The position numbers and the translations under genes are program-made. Of a stretch of 64,000 bases of DNA, positions 52,039 through 61,847 are shown one piece after another. Origin of the DNA: Candidatus Kaelpia aquatica (GTDB lineage: Bacteria > Omnitrophota > Gorgyraeia > Kaelpiales > Kaelpiaceae); contig JAVCCU010000030.1 of the NCBI GenBank assembly GCA_030765335.1, positions 5,324-69,323 of the forward strand. The letters run 5' to 3'. The stretch's first letter is position 1, and every line of letters begins with the position of its first letter. The notes under the pieces are model-generated. The model ran no database searches. It had not been told where the DNA came from and was given only the letters and a program-made list of their open reading frames with translations.

Positions 52039-52067
52039 TTGACTATATTCAAAACTGTTTCTATTAT
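52039..52067 (+). promoter_or_regulatory. Sigma70-like promoter TTGACT-N17-TATTAT upstream of speH
   Basis: TTGACT at 52039-52044 and TATTAT at 52062-52067. The ATG of speH is 37 nt downstream. It lies in a divergent intergenic region. Confidence 0.35.
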
Positions 52068-52103
52068 ATATCATTATTATAATTGAACATTTAAGGGAAA
52101 AAT

Positions 52104-52520
52104 ATGGAAAAACAAACAATTAAAGAGTCAGGATCCGTATATTGCAAAGAAGACTCTATGAGCTATGCAGGAAAGCACCTGATTATAGAGCTGTGGGGTG
52201 CAAAAAATATAGCTTCAGAAGAGGGCACAAAAGAAGTATTAAGAAAAGCCGTAAAAGCATGCGGAGCAACTCTCTTAGAGGTTCATGCTCACACCTTCTC
52301 TCCTTACAGCGGCATCTCTGCTGTTGCCATACTTAAAGAGTCGCATATATCCGTACATAGCTGGCCGGAATTCAATTATGCAGCGGCTGATATCTTCGTA
52401 TGCGGCGATGTAGACCCTCACCTTGCAGTTCCTGTCTTAAAAGAGGGGTTCTCTGCAGAAGAGGTTCAGGTCACAGAATTAAAAAGGGGCGTCTTTGATG
52501 AAAAACACCTGGGTATCTGA
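52104..52520 (+). CDS. speH: S-adenosylmethionine decarboxylase proenzyme (class 1B, pyruvoyl)
   Basis: GKHLIIELWG and the LKESHISVHSWPE processing/active-site motif. 138 aa. Confidence 0.85.
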   Translation: MEKQTIKESGSVYCKEDSMSYAGKHLIIELWGAKNIASEEGTKEVLRKAVKACGATLLEVHAHTFSPYSGISAVAILKESHISVHSWPEFNYAAADIFVCGDVDPHLAVPVLKEGFSAEEVQVTELKRGVFDEKHLGI

Positions 52521-53358
52521 GACTCTGCATAAAGATATTGGGCTAAAATTAAAGGTTCAAAAAAAGCTTTATTCGTCTAATTCATCTTCACAGAAAATAG
52601 AGTTTCTAAAGACCAGCCGATTTGGAACTGCACTAATAATGGATGGGGCAATCCAGACAACAACAGAGGACGAGTTTATCTACCACGAGATGATGTCCCA
52701 TATCCCGCTCTTCTCACATCCAAAGCCTGAAAATATACTCATAATAGGCGGAGGCGACGGAGGAATATTGAGAGAGGTCCTAAAGCATAAGATGATTAAG
52801 AAGGTTACCCTGGTTGAGATAGAAAAAAAAGTTATAGAACAGACAAAAAAATATCTGCCCCAAATATGTAAGGATGCATTCAAAAGCAAGAAGCTAGAGC
52901 TGGTTATCACAGACGGAGCAGAGTTTATAAAAAATAAGCTGAGCCTATACGATATAGTAATTGTAGATTCAACTGACCCAACCGGACCTGCAAAGGTACT
53001 TTTTGAAAACAGCTTCTACAGAAACATATCTAAAATTTTAAAAAATAACGGCATTATGGTAAGGCAGAGCGGCTCTTCTTTCTTACAAAAAGAGGAATTA
53101 AAGGAGAACTACAAAAAATTATCTAAAATATTCAAATATACAAATGTCTATCTTGCTGCTGTTCCTACGTATATAGGAGGATTTTTTAATCTTATCTTTG
53201 CATCAGACAAAATAAACATAGAGTCCCTATCTTTAGCTGCAATCAAAAAAGAGAGTCAGAAGAACAGAATAAAAACAAGATACTACAACCCTGAGCTGCA
53301 CCTGGCATCTTTTAAGCTGCCGAACTACATAAAAGAGATAATAGGAGACAAGCAATGA
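52495..53358 (+). CDS. speE: Spermidine synthase
   Basis: Polyamine aminopropyltransferase motifs (ILIIGGGDGG, VEIE..V, DSTDPTGPA). Confidence 0.9.
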   Translation: MMKNTWVSETLHKDIGLKLKVQKKLYSSNSSSQKIEFLKTSRFGTALIMDGAIQTTTEDEFIYHEMMSHIPLFSHPKPENILIIGGGDGGILREVLKHKMIKKVTLVEIEKKVIEQTKKYLPQICKDAFKSKKLELVITDGAEFIKNKLSLYDIVIVDSTDPTGPAKVLFENSFYRNISKILKNNGIMVRQSGSSFLQKEELKENYKKLSKIFKYTNVYLAAVPTYIGGFFNLIFASDKINIESLSLAAIKKESQKNRIKTRYYNPELHLASFKLPNYIKEIIGDKQ

Positions 53359-53729
53359 AAGATAAAATTTTTGGCTGGGAGCTGATTTTAGACTTATATG
53401 ATTGCGACCCCAAAAAAATATCAACAAAAAAAGAGATCCAATCATACGTAGATAGGCTCTGTAAACTTATAAAAATGAAACAATACGGTAAAACACTGAT
53501 ACCGCATTTCGGGCATGAAAAACCACATATTAGCGGTTACTCTCTAGTGCAGCTAATTGAAACAAGCTCAATCACAGGCCATTTTTCAGAACTCTGGAAT
53601 TCGGCTCATATAAATATATTTTCCTGCAAGAGATACGACCCTAAGCTGGCAATGGAATTTTCCAAAAAGTTTTTTGAAGCCAAAAGGGTAAGCAAGAGAT
53701 ATATTGTCAGAAAAATAAAGACCGACTGA
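53355..53729 (+). CDS. AdoMetDC-like pyruvoyl decarboxylase paralogue (specificity unknown)
   Basis: GWELILDLYDCD parallels the GKHLIIELWGA of SpeH. IETSSITGHFSE parallels the ESHISVHSWPE self-processing region. Its start overlaps the end of speE by 4 nt. Confidence 0.5.
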   Translation: MKDKIFGWELILDLYDCDPKKISTKKEIQSYVDRLCKLIKMKQYGKTLIPHFGHEKPHISGYSLVQLIETSSITGHFSELWNSAHINIFSCKRYDPKLAMEFSKKFFEAKRVSKRYIVRKIKTD

Positions 53730-53734
53730 TCTTT

Positions 53735-55618
53735 CTAGAAATTCAAAAGTATATTAAACGCTTCTTTCTCTTTATTAAGCGAGATAGGAAAAGCAGGATA
53801 AGGTCCAGCCTTTTTTATAACCTCTATCGCTAAATCTCTTATAGTAGAATCAACCTCACCTACAACTGCAGGCTCACCTATCAGACCCCCTCTGCTGTTA
53901 AGAAGAAAAACGATATTCACTTCTCTGTTGAGACCCATATTTAGATAGTTCTTGCCAAAATAATCATAGATTATATTAGTAATTTTAAGGTAGTACTCTG
54001 AATAAGAACTGCGCTCTTTATCTTCTGCCAAAATTAGCTCTGTCTTAGCATGATCAAAGCTTCTAGTTAAGCCGGCTGAATCTGCCTTAGGACTCTCATA
54101 GCCAATCTGCTCATTGGCAAACTCGGCAACACTCTCACTGAAAGCTTGCTTAACGTTGCCTACTATTCTAGGGGTAAGCAGTATTACAAGCTCAGTTTTA
54201 ACCTTCTTTTTATGCTTTTCAGAAAAAAGTTTACCTATAAATGGAATATCTCCAATCCCAGGAACCTTCTCGCGTCCATCGATCTCCGTCTCTTTCATCA
54301 ACCCCGCAAGAACAATAGTATCGCCATCTTTTACTATAACTGTTGTCTCAGCTTCAGAGGTAGTCTTCTTTATATATATCGAGCCTTCCAACGCTCCTTC
54401 AACCTCTGTGCCTGAGCTAACCTCAGGTTTAATATGCATAGTAATAAAACCATCGTCAGAGATATAAGGCGTAACACTAAGCCTAACTCCTGTCTCCATA
54501 TATTCAACGCTCTCTGCATATACAGCCTCACCCGACTCTGGATATGTAATAGAGACAGAGACGATAGGCTCCTTATCCCCCACAAGAACATAGGCTTCCT
54601 GCCCATCTAAAACAGTTATATGAGGAGAAGATAGAACATCGGACTTTCCGTATGTATCAAAAGCCTTTATAATTCCAGAATATTGATGATGACCGTCTAG
54701 AGCAGCGCTAGGATCCAAGGCTGCCTTACCTACAGCAATCTGTCCTACCCCTGCACTACCTGAAGAAGGCAGAGAGAAGTTGCCGCTGTAAGATATTCCT
54801 AGATGCTTCCCAAAGACTCCTTCCCAGTCTACGCCTAAGCGGTATTCGTCGCTTAAAGTAATCTGGACAATCTTAGCTTCAATCTTAACAGCCTGAGGCC
54901 TCTTATCAAAAGCAATGAGAATCTTCTCTATATGCTCAACGTTACTGGGAATATCTGTGACTACAACCCTGTTTGAAGTTTGGTCAAATTTTATTATCCC
55001 TACATCCTTGTTTACAAGATCAACCACATTCTCTTTTATATCTTCAACCCGAGTATAGTTAAGCTGGATTACTCTCGTCTCTAATGGGGAATCTACAGAT
55101 TTTATTATTTTATCAATTTCGTAAATAACATCAGGGGCATCCAAAACAATTATAGAATTTGAAAAACTGTCAATAATCACTTTTCCTATATCACTTTTTA
55201 ACTCGCTGATAGTCTCTCCCAAAGATATGGCTTTGGCATTCTTTAAATCATATCTTCTAATTACTCTTAAGTCATAAAACGGTTTGCCGTATTTTTCTTT
55301 ATATTCTTTATTCGTCATAACGGTGATTAAATTTTTTCTTTTCTCATAAGCTAAATCATTTGCCGCAATTAAAATTTCAAAGGCATCCCACACAGAAACA
55401 TCTTTTAAAAAGACGGTGACTTTACCCCGCACTAAAGGAGAAGTAGCGATACTTAGCCCTGAACGCAGAGAAATTATTTTTAATACATCAAGTATATCCA
55501 TTCCCTTGATGTCCAAGGTAACCGGAGCACTAACATCTACCTGAGATGCATAAGCTAAAAAAGAAAACAATAAAAGTGCTACGCTAAAAACTAATCTCTT
55601 TTTCTTCATTATTAACAT
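53735..55618 (-). CDS. gspD: Type II secretion / type IV pilus secretin (GspD/PilQ family) with C-terminal TonB/TolA-C-like domain
   Basis: Signal peptide, N0/N1 domains, and a secretin core (VLSSPHITVLDGQEAYVLVG...VPGIGDIPFIGKLF...LVILLTPRIV). About 130 extra C-terminal residues resemble the TonB C-terminal domain (VNIVFLLNSRGGLIGEPAVVGEVDSTIRDLAIEVIKKAGPYPAFP). Confidence 0.85.
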   Translation of the reverse strand: MLIMKKKRLVFSVALLLFSFLAYASQVDVSAPVTLDIKGMDILDVLKIISLRSGLSIATSPLVRGKVTVFLKDVSVWDAFEILIAANDLAYEKRKNLITVMTNKEYKEKYGKPFYDLRVIRRYDLKNAKAISLGETISELKSDIGKVIIDSFSNSIIVLDAPDVIYEIDKIIKSVDSPLETRVIQLNYTRVEDIKENVVDLVNKDVGIIKFDQTSNRVVVTDIPSNVEHIEKILIAFDKRPQAVKIEAKIVQITLSDEYRLGVDWEGVFGKHLGISYSGNFSLPSSGSAGVGQIAVGKAALDPSAALDGHHQYSGIIKAFDTYGKSDVLSSPHITVLDGQEAYVLVGDKEPIVSVSITYPESGEAVYAESVEYMETGVRLSVTPYISDDGFITMHIKPEVSSGTEVEGALEGSIYIKKTTSEAETTVIVKDGDTIVLAGLMKETEIDGREKVPGIGDIPFIGKLFSEKHKKKVKTELVILLTPRIVGNVKQAFSESVAEFANEQIGYESPKADSAGLTRSFDHAKTELILAEDKERSSYSEYYLKITNIIYDYFGKNYLNMGLNREVNIVFLLNSRGGLIGEPAVVGEVDSTIRDLAIEVIKKAGPYPAFPISLNKEKEAFNILLNF

Positions 55619-56048
55619 TTATTATAACTGAACTTTGTTTTATTTTCTTAATTTTTATACCTTTTATCTCCTGACCCTCAGTAACCAAGTGTTGTTTTTT
55701 ATCTTTTTCGCTAAAAACAGCGACATATTTTTTATCCAGAACGATTATACCATTAAAAGAAAGATCGGCCAAAACATCTTTCTCTTGACTTGAGTTTTCT
55801 TCGATTACTCTCCCCCTGTCGGAGAAATCAAAAATATTCTTCTTATTCAGAATTGAAGAATATTCATCTATTTCCTTTCTTTTAGGAATATCAACGGTAT
55901 TTTTTTTTGTTCCCCTAATAGAAGCTTCTTCTAAAACTTCGTCCACATTTGCAGGTTCTCTAAGCACCCACTCTAAAAATAGCAACACAAGCGCTGCTAT
56001 TGCTGTAATTTTAGCATACTGAAATAAAGAATAATTCAGCTGTCTCAT
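55584..56048 (-). CDS. GspC/PilP-like T2SS inner-membrane component
   Basis: Single TM followed by a small beta domain (FNGIIVLDKKYVAVFSEKDKKQHLVTEGQEIKGIKIKKIKQSSVII). The position immediately upstream of the secretin fits GspC/PilP. Confidence 0.5.
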   Translation of the reverse strand: MRQLNYSLFQYAKITAIAALVLLFLEWVLREPANVDEVLEEASIRGTKKNTVDIPKRKEIDEYSSILNKKNIFDFSDRGRVIEENSSQEKDVLADLSFNGIIVLDKKYVAVFSEKDKKQHLVTEGQEIKGIKIKKIKQSSVIINVNNEEKEISF

Positions 56049-56569
56049 ATTAAAATTCTCTTTAATTTTATCAGTAACATCAATCTGTTGTTGCTGGCTG
56101 GGCTTACTTTAACATTTTCAGTAGACATCAAGCTAAAAGAACTCTCAATATAATACAAAAATTTTAATATTCCTTCTAAATCAGCCTCTACGTTTATTTC
56201 AAAATACAGCGCATGCTCATTTTCCTTATTCGAAATAGTTGTTTTTGGTGTTACGCTGCGCAATTTTACCTTACAATGACTAGCTAGCTTATTTAATTCC
56301 TTATAGACGGAAATCCGCACATCTTCATCATCACCCACAATCAGTTTGTCAAAAGCGACTTCTGCGGCAATACTTTTATAAACAGAGTTGATTTTATTTT
56401 TCTCAGAAATCAGCTTTAGAGTTTTATGGAACTTACTTTCGTTTATTCTTATAGCAGCGTTTAAACCGCTCCATTTTACAATAAGAGGTTGAACTATAAT
56501 GTATAGTAAGAGCATTATACCGATAACAGCAAATAATTTTAAATATCGCTTATCTTTCAATTTATCCAA
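56045..56569 (-). CDS. GspM/PilO-like T2SS component
   Basis: Bitopic protein with an N-terminal TM. Its size and position between GspL and GspC fit GspM/PilO. Confidence 0.45.
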   Translation of the reverse strand: MDKLKDKRYLKLFAVIGIMLLLYIIVQPLIVKWSGLNAAIRINESKFHKTLKLISEKNKINSVYKSIAAEVAFDKLIVGDDEDVRISVYKELNKLASHCKVKLRSVTPKTTISNKENEHALYFEINVEADLEGILKFLYYIESSFSLMSTENVKVSPASNNRLMLLIKLKRILI

Positions 56570-56571
56570 AT

Positions 56572-57930
56572 TTATTTTAATCCCAATTTTAAATAAAAAA
56601 CACTCTCTTGTCTTGATGTAGTATCTATCTTAAATGCCTCGACTTTAGATATCATATGAAGTTGTTTAATGTTTTCATAAAGATCATATATCGAATTCGC
56701 ATCAGAGGAGATTCCCTCTATAACTAATTGTAAATTTTTCTCATAATCTACTCTTCTTAATAAAACATTATCCGGAACTATATCAACCAATCCTTTAAAT
56801 AAATCTAAAAAAATAACATCCCGAGAATATTTTAAAAAAACTTGATTTATCCTTTTCCTTGTTTCTAAAGTTTTAACAGCAGGGCTTACGCTATCAATAA
56901 AACTCTTTAACCTGCCTAAATATACTTCCTCCCTTTTATACTCTAATCTCACAATCAGTATACAGATTAAAGCCGCTAATACAAAATAAATACCTGCTCT
57001 CTTCCTCTCTCTGTAAAGGCTTTTTTTAACAACCCGCTGAGCTATCCCAAGCGGGATTAAATCAAATTCCGGAACTTGGATAAAACTTAAACCTAATAGC
57101 TTAATTAGAGAGTAGATCTCTTCACTGTTTTCTCCAAAAAACTGAAAATCTTCTTCTTTGGAAATAAACTTTTCCTGATAAATAAATTCAACATCATCAA
57201 AAGGCAAAGATGCTCTTTCATCTTCCATAAAATTTATATGCCGAGGCCCAAGTATAGTAAGTGATTTTATGTCTTGATTTAACTTCTCCTTGTTAAATGC
57301 TGCAATGGAATTTGAAACTTCTTTCAACCATGGAGCCATGCCATTATCTTTTATAAAATAAAACCCCTTGTTGATTTCCCGGCAGAACAAAAGTTTACCG
57401 CCTCCTATTATGCACAAATTGCTGGATCTATTATCTATATCAATTAAAACTCTATCCTCATCTTTTCTTATCATTTTATAAAAACCGACAACACCCAAGC
57501 TATTTATTGTAATTTTGTTCGGCAATATAAAATGAGTAAGTTCAGATACGTACTTATTCAATGCTTCCTCCCCTACAACTGCAAGCATAACTTTTGTATA
57601 TCCATTAGACATCTTAGACAAAATATTCGCTGAATGAAGGATGTTAAAATCCTTGTAAGGAAACTGCCTCAACGCCTGATATCTTGCCATTTGATTAATC
57701 TCTTCATCTTTTTGGGAGGGAAAAGAATGGTAACTGACAGAGACCTCTCTTCTGGGAATCACAAATATTATTGACTCCTCATTTTGATGTAATAACTTCT
57801 CTAATAACTTCCCATCCTTCTCTGTTATAGGGCGCTTAAATACTCCAAGTTTGGATAAAAAAAACTTACCTTCTTTAAGTAAGACTCTAGCAAATTTAAT
57901 TTTTTCACTCTCTATTTCAAAGCTATACAT
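56572..57930 (-). CDS. gspL: GspL-like protein (PilM-like actin-fold cytoplasmic domain + TM + PilN-like periplasmic domain)
   Basis: LIDIDNRSSNLCIIGGGKLLFCREINKG matches the PilM/GspL actin-like motif. One TM helix (IYFVLAALICILIV) precedes a C-terminal periplasmic domain. Confidence 0.6.
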   Translation of the reverse strand: MYSFEIESEKIKFARVLLKEGKFFLSKLGVFKRPITEKDGKLLEKLLHQNEESIIFVIPRREVSVSYHSFPSQKDEEINQMARYQALRQFPYKDFNILHSANILSKMSNGYTKVMLAVVGEEALNKYVSELTHFILPNKITINSLGVVGFYKMIRKDEDRVLIDIDNRSSNLCIIGGGKLLFCREINKGFYFIKDNGMAPWLKEVSNSIAAFNKEKLNQDIKSLTILGPRHINFMEDERASLPFDDVEFIYQEKFISKEEDFQFFGENSEEIYSLIKLLGLSFIQVPEFDLIPLGIAQRVVKKSLYRERKRAGIYFVLAALICILIVRLEYKREEVYLGRLKSFIDSVSPAVKTLETRKRINQVFLKYSRDVIFLDLFKGLVDIVPDNVLLRRVDYEKNLQLVIEGISSDANSIYDLYENIKQLHMISKVEAFKIDTTSRQESVFYLKLGLK

Positions 57931-58896
57931 TTACTTCTCCCAGAAATTCTCCTGCCAAGATAAAATATCAAAACTGCTGCCTTTCCTTTGCACTAAAGCC
58001 TGAGCACAGCGCTTAACTCCTCTCTCTGTCTGAGCTATTATATATATTCTAAAATATTGAGAGCTCACTTTAAAGTAATTTCTCAAAACATTCCATTGTT
58101 CTACTATGTCAGCACTTGCAATTTTCGGGAAAATTTCTGAAATACTATCACTGTCAGGTATACTATTAAAAACACCGTTATGTTGACGAAATTCCAAGAT
58201 TTCTGAGACAAGAGAGTCGGGCAGCTCTAACTTTTTAAGGCATACTTCAGATACTGTATTAATATTTACTTCACTCCCTATAGTAGTAATTTGATTCTCC
58301 AGATCTTTTAAGTTAAAATCAGAAGGGCATCCTTTAATATATTTTATCTCGTATAAACTTCTGATATTGGAATTTCTGCAATTATATGTCAAAAAATTAT
58401 AATAATTTTCCTGCTCTCCTCCGTAATAATAATTTTGAAAACTATCTTCATCTACCCAATCAATTATTGATTGAGCAAGCTTTGGAGGAAAAAGATTATT
58501 CAAGACATCTAAATTTTCTTCTCTGGCAATCTGATTAATATTTATCTTTCTCTCTTCGTCCTCAATTCTGATCTGAGATATACCGTATTCATTCTGAAAT
58601 TCAATATTATCCTTGCTCCATTCTTCGCTTAAACCATCGATTCCAGAGTTATTCTCATAATCTAATCTCAGTAATTCCAGTGATTGCATAAAACCCCGCC
58701 AGATTAAATTTCGGGCATAGAAACGCTCCCTATAAAACCTAAAAGAACGCAATTCCATATAAGCCCTATAACTTATGCCAGCGGACATCAATACTGTTAC
58801 AGCAATTACCCAGAGGATAAAGATAGATATTACACCATCTTTTTTAAATGCTTTTACCGGCTGGTATGTAGATAATTTTTTCAATTTCATTTTCAT
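57931..58896 (-). CDS. gspK: Type II secretion minor pseudopilin GspK
   Basis: N-terminal hydrophobic segment (GVISIFILWVIAVTVLM) without the canonical Phe+1. KININ motif. Its size and position follow the pseudopilins. Confidence 0.55.
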   Translation of the reverse strand: MKMKLKKLSTYQPVKAFKKDGVISIFILWVIAVTVLMSAGISYRAYMELRSFRFYRERFYARNLIWRGFMQSLELLRLDYENNSGIDGLSEEWSKDNIEFQNEYGISQIRIEDEERKININQIAREENLDVLNNLFPPKLAQSIIDWVDEDSFQNYYYGGEQENYYNFLTYNCRNSNIRSLYEIKYIKGCPSDFNLKDLENQITTIGSEVNINTVSEVCLKKLELPDSLVSEILEFRQHNGVFNSIPDSDSISEIFPKIASADIVEQWNVLRNYFKVSSQYFRIYIIAQTERGVKRCAQALVQRKGSSFDILSWQENFWEK

Positions 58897-59434
58897 CTTT
58901 TACACACTTGATTTTTATCGCTTCTGGCAACTTACTGTCAGAATAAAACTGCTCGGTTAATAATTCTTTTTTATCTTCACTGTAAATTAACGCTGAGAAC
59001 TCAAAATCTGCTTCATAAACAAGGATCTCTTTTTTGTAATCCTCGAATTCAGACTCTAATCGTTTATACAGCACTTTCTTCCCCGCTTCTTCTTTGACAA
59101 AATAACTGATCTTTAATATTGGCAGAAGATAGCTAGTCTCAACGCTTTCTGAAGGACGGATTATCCAAAAAGAAATTGTTTTATTTTCTGAATCAACTAT
59201 AAAATTAGGTTCTTCGTTATAATCAAAAATACAAGCAGATCTTAAATCATTACTCAAAATTTCAAAAACATTTCTAATACCTGAAAAACGAACTGCAACT
59301 TCCTTACTTCTTACAGAAAGCCTGAAACTCAGCCAGATTAAAGAACTACTCAAGCTGAATATTAAAGAGACAATCACTACTGCCACAATAACTTCAACTA
59401 ATGTAAATGATTTTTTACTTTTCGATGGAAACAT
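58844..59434 (-). CDS. Minor pseudopilin (GspJ-like) with prepilin N-terminal methylation motif
   Basis: KKSFTLVEVIVAVVIVSL prepilin signal. 196 aa. Confidence 0.55.
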   Translation of the reverse strand: MFPSKSKKSFTLVEVIVAVVIVSLIFSLSSSLIWLSFRLSVRSKEVAVRFSGIRNVFEILSNDLRSACIFDYNEEPNFIVDSENKTISFWIIRPSESVETSYLLPILKISYFVKEEAGKKVLYKRLESEFEDYKKEILVYEADFEFSALIYSEDKKELLTEQFYSDSKLPEAIKIKCVKDENEIEKIIYIPAGKSI

Positions 59435-59855
59435 TCCCTGCTCCGGCTAAGAGAGTAATTTTTTTAATCCCAAATTTTGACGACAACTTTATCTCCGCTT
59501 TATCTAAAACTAAAGAATCCGCATATAGACGCATCTCCCCGGTAGGAAACATATCAACGCTGGTTATTTCAGAATCAATTTCATAGATAGCAGGAATTAA
59601 TAATTCCCCTGCTTTTTCATCCGATAGATATACTGACAACCCCTCCTGATTAATTTTAACTGTTACAACCTTAGCTTCCTGAATAGTTTTATTTTGAGAA
59701 AACTTAAAAACATCCAGTGTTTTAAAGCAAAAATTATCAAATTTCACCGCATTATATTTATTAGAAAAACCCGGCAAGATAATAACCGACAAAATTGATA
59801 TTATGGCAATTACAATTAAAAGCTCAAGTAAAGTAAAAGATTTTTTAGCTGCCAT
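59415..59855 (-). CDS. Minor pseudopilin (GspH/GspI-like) with prepilin N-terminal motif
   Basis: KKSFTLLELLIVIAIISIL. 146 aa. Confidence 0.55.
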   Translation of the reverse strand: MAAKKSFTLLELLIVIAIISILSVIILPGFSNKYNAVKFDNFCFKTLDVFKFSQNKTIQEAKVVTVKINQEGLSVYLSDEKAGELLIPAIYEIDSEITSVDMFPTGEMRLYADSLVLDKAEIKLSSKFGIKKITLLAGAGNVSIEK

Positions 59856-59856
59856 T

Positions 59857-60204
59857 TTATTTAAAACCTAAAGAAGAGAGCTTTGAACAAATTTTCATAT
59901 TCTTAACAACTGATACATCAATTATTTTTAAATCACCTAGCTGATCTTTATCCTCCTTAATCAACCAACTGAATTCACCATAAGTAGTATTTTTTTTGCC
60001 TTGATTTTCAAAATTATCTTCCAGTAGTAATTTATAATAAATAACATCTTCAGCTAGATAGTGACCATACAGAGACTCGTTTACCTTTCGAAACCCTCTT
60101 ATTGAAGTCTGTAGGGAGACGAGCACAGCGCTCAAGAGAATAGAAAGTATTAAAGTTGCCAAAACAGCATCTAGGAGAAAATACCCCCGATTGCTAATTC
60201 TCAA
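59857..60204 (-). CDS. Minor pseudopilin (GspI-like, degenerate prepilin motif)
   Basis: RGYFLLDAVLATLILSILL. 115 aa. Confidence 0.4.
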   Translation of the reverse strand: MRISNRGYFLLDAVLATLILSILLSAVLVSLQTSIRGFRKVNESLYGHYLAEDVIYYKLLLEDNFENQGKKNTTYGEFSWLIKEDKDQLGDLKIIDVSVVKNMKICSKLSSLGFK

Positions 60205-60646
60205 ACGTTATCTCTCCGGAATAAACAATATCATCACTCGAATCCTGAACATTCGCTCCTTGAGAAGAAATCATATAAGAACCTCCTTGATCAACTGACT
60301 CATACTGATAAGGATTACCCCAGGGATCAAGAATAGAGCTTCCTTTAACTCTTGCCCGCTTTATATAGGGCCCTTCCCAGAGATTTTTATATTCATCCAC
60401 ATCAAACCCCGAGGGTGCATCCAAACGCCATAAACACTCTAAAGAACCGGGATATCTGCCGATATCCAGTTCATACATATCAAGAGCTGTTGAAAGAGTA
60501 CCATAAATTTCAGATTCTGCTCTTTTAATCCTCGCTTCTCCAGTCCTACCTGCTAAACGGGGCAAAACAGTTGCCGTTAAAATTCCTATAATTGTAATAA
60601 CTACTAGCAGTTCAACTAAAGTAAAAGCATTTCTTTTCATATTCAT
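60194..60646 (-). CDS. gspG: Type II secretion major pseudopilin GspG
   Basis: AFTLVELLVVITIIGILTA prepilin motif plus the GspG-specific DPWGNPY calcium-loop signature. Confidence 0.85.
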   Translation of the reverse strand: MNMKRNAFTLVELLVVITIIGILTATVLPRLAGRTGEARIKRAESEIYGTLSTALDMYELDIGRYPGSLECLWRLDAPSGFDVDEYKNLWEGPYIKRARVKGSSILDPWGNPYQYESVDQGGSYMISSQGANVQDSSDDIVYSGEITFEN

Positions 60647-60651
60647 TCCTC

Positions 60652-61845
60652 CTATTTTATAATCATATTAAGTTGAAAAATCGGCAATAAAACTGCAATT
60701 ATTATAACACCTACAATGCACCCGACAAAGAGTATCATTAACGGTTCTATCAACTGAGTGGTTACTTTAAGATTATAATCCAACTCTTTTTCGTAATTTC
60801 GGGCAATATTCAAAAGAGCATTATCTAAATTGCCGCTTTCCTCGCCTACTGAAATCATGCCGGCAACATCAGGAGGTAAAAAATCTCTTATACCATAACT
60901 TAACGAAGCTCCTTCTTTTAAATCTATTTTTAATTTTTCGATACCTACTTTATATCTACTGATAGAGACCACTGACTTGGTTAAATCAAGCGCCTCGACC
61001 AAAGATACCCCTGATTTTACAAGCAGCCCTAAGCTTCTCGAAAATAAAATTATCTCTCTTTGAATCCATATTTTACTAATTATTGGAATTTTAAGCTTAA
61101 ACTCATCCCATAATAATTTTCCTTCTCCCGATTTAGTATATTTTTTAAACACTACATACTCTGCGATTCCTAATATAGCAAATAGCCACCAGAATTTTGC
61201 AAAAATACCACTGATTGCTACAACAATTCTTGTAATTAAAGGGAGTGCTTGACCTAAATCTTGGAAAATTCCGGAAATCTTAGGTATCACAAAAGAAAGC
61301 AGAAAGAAAACTGTGAGAATCCCCATCGTAAAAACCAGCGCAGGATAAAACATTGCCGATTTTACTTTATTTTTTAAATCCAGCTCTTTATCAAAGATAT
61401 TGGCTGCTTCATTTAAAACTGAATCGATATTGCCTCCCGCTTCACCGGCCGCTACTAATGCAGAGAGAATAGGAGGAAATACTCCTAAGCTATCAATAGA
61501 CTCAGAGAAACTGGCCCCGTCTCTTATTCTTAAAACCAGATCAGCTATTATTTTCCCCAGAGGCTTGTTGGCAAACTGATTCTCCAGCAAACCTAGAGCT
61601 CTTAAAATCGGCACACCTGATGAAACTAGCTCTGAAAGCCTTACTGTAAACCACGCTACATCTTTTATCTTCGGTTTTCTTCTGATTAAAAACGCACCTG
61701 CTGCTTCTTCTGCTGCATGCAAAGAAAGTATGTAAAAACCTTTTTTGGTAAGCTCTTCGATCGCCTGATGCTGTGAATCAGCATTCAGCTTATCTTCTAT
61801 TAATTCTCCGCTTTGATTGCGCGCCTTGTAATGAAAAGTTTTCAT
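60652..61845 (-). CDS. gspF: Type II secretion inner-membrane platform protein GspF
   Basis: Two repeated GspF/PilC domains and 3 TM helices. 397 aa. Confidence 0.9.
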   Translation of the reverse strand: MKTFHYKARNQSGELIEDKLNADSQHQAIEELTKKGFYILSLHAAEEAAGAFLIRRKPKIKDVAWFTVRLSELVSSGVPILRALGLLENQFANKPLGKIIADLVLRIRDGASFSESIDSLGVFPPILSALVAAGEAGGNIDSVLNEAANIFDKELDLKNKVKSAMFYPALVFTMGILTVFFLLSFVIPKISGIFQDLGQALPLITRIVVAISGIFAKFWWLFAILGIAEYVVFKKYTKSGEGKLLWDEFKLKIPIISKIWIQREIILFSRSLGLLVKSGVSLVEALDLTKSVVSISRYKVGIEKLKIDLKEGASLSYGIRDFLPPDVAGMISVGEESGNLDNALLNIARNYEKELDYNLKVTTQLIEPLMILFVGCIVGVIIIAVLLPIFQLNMIIK

Positions 61846-61847
61846 CC

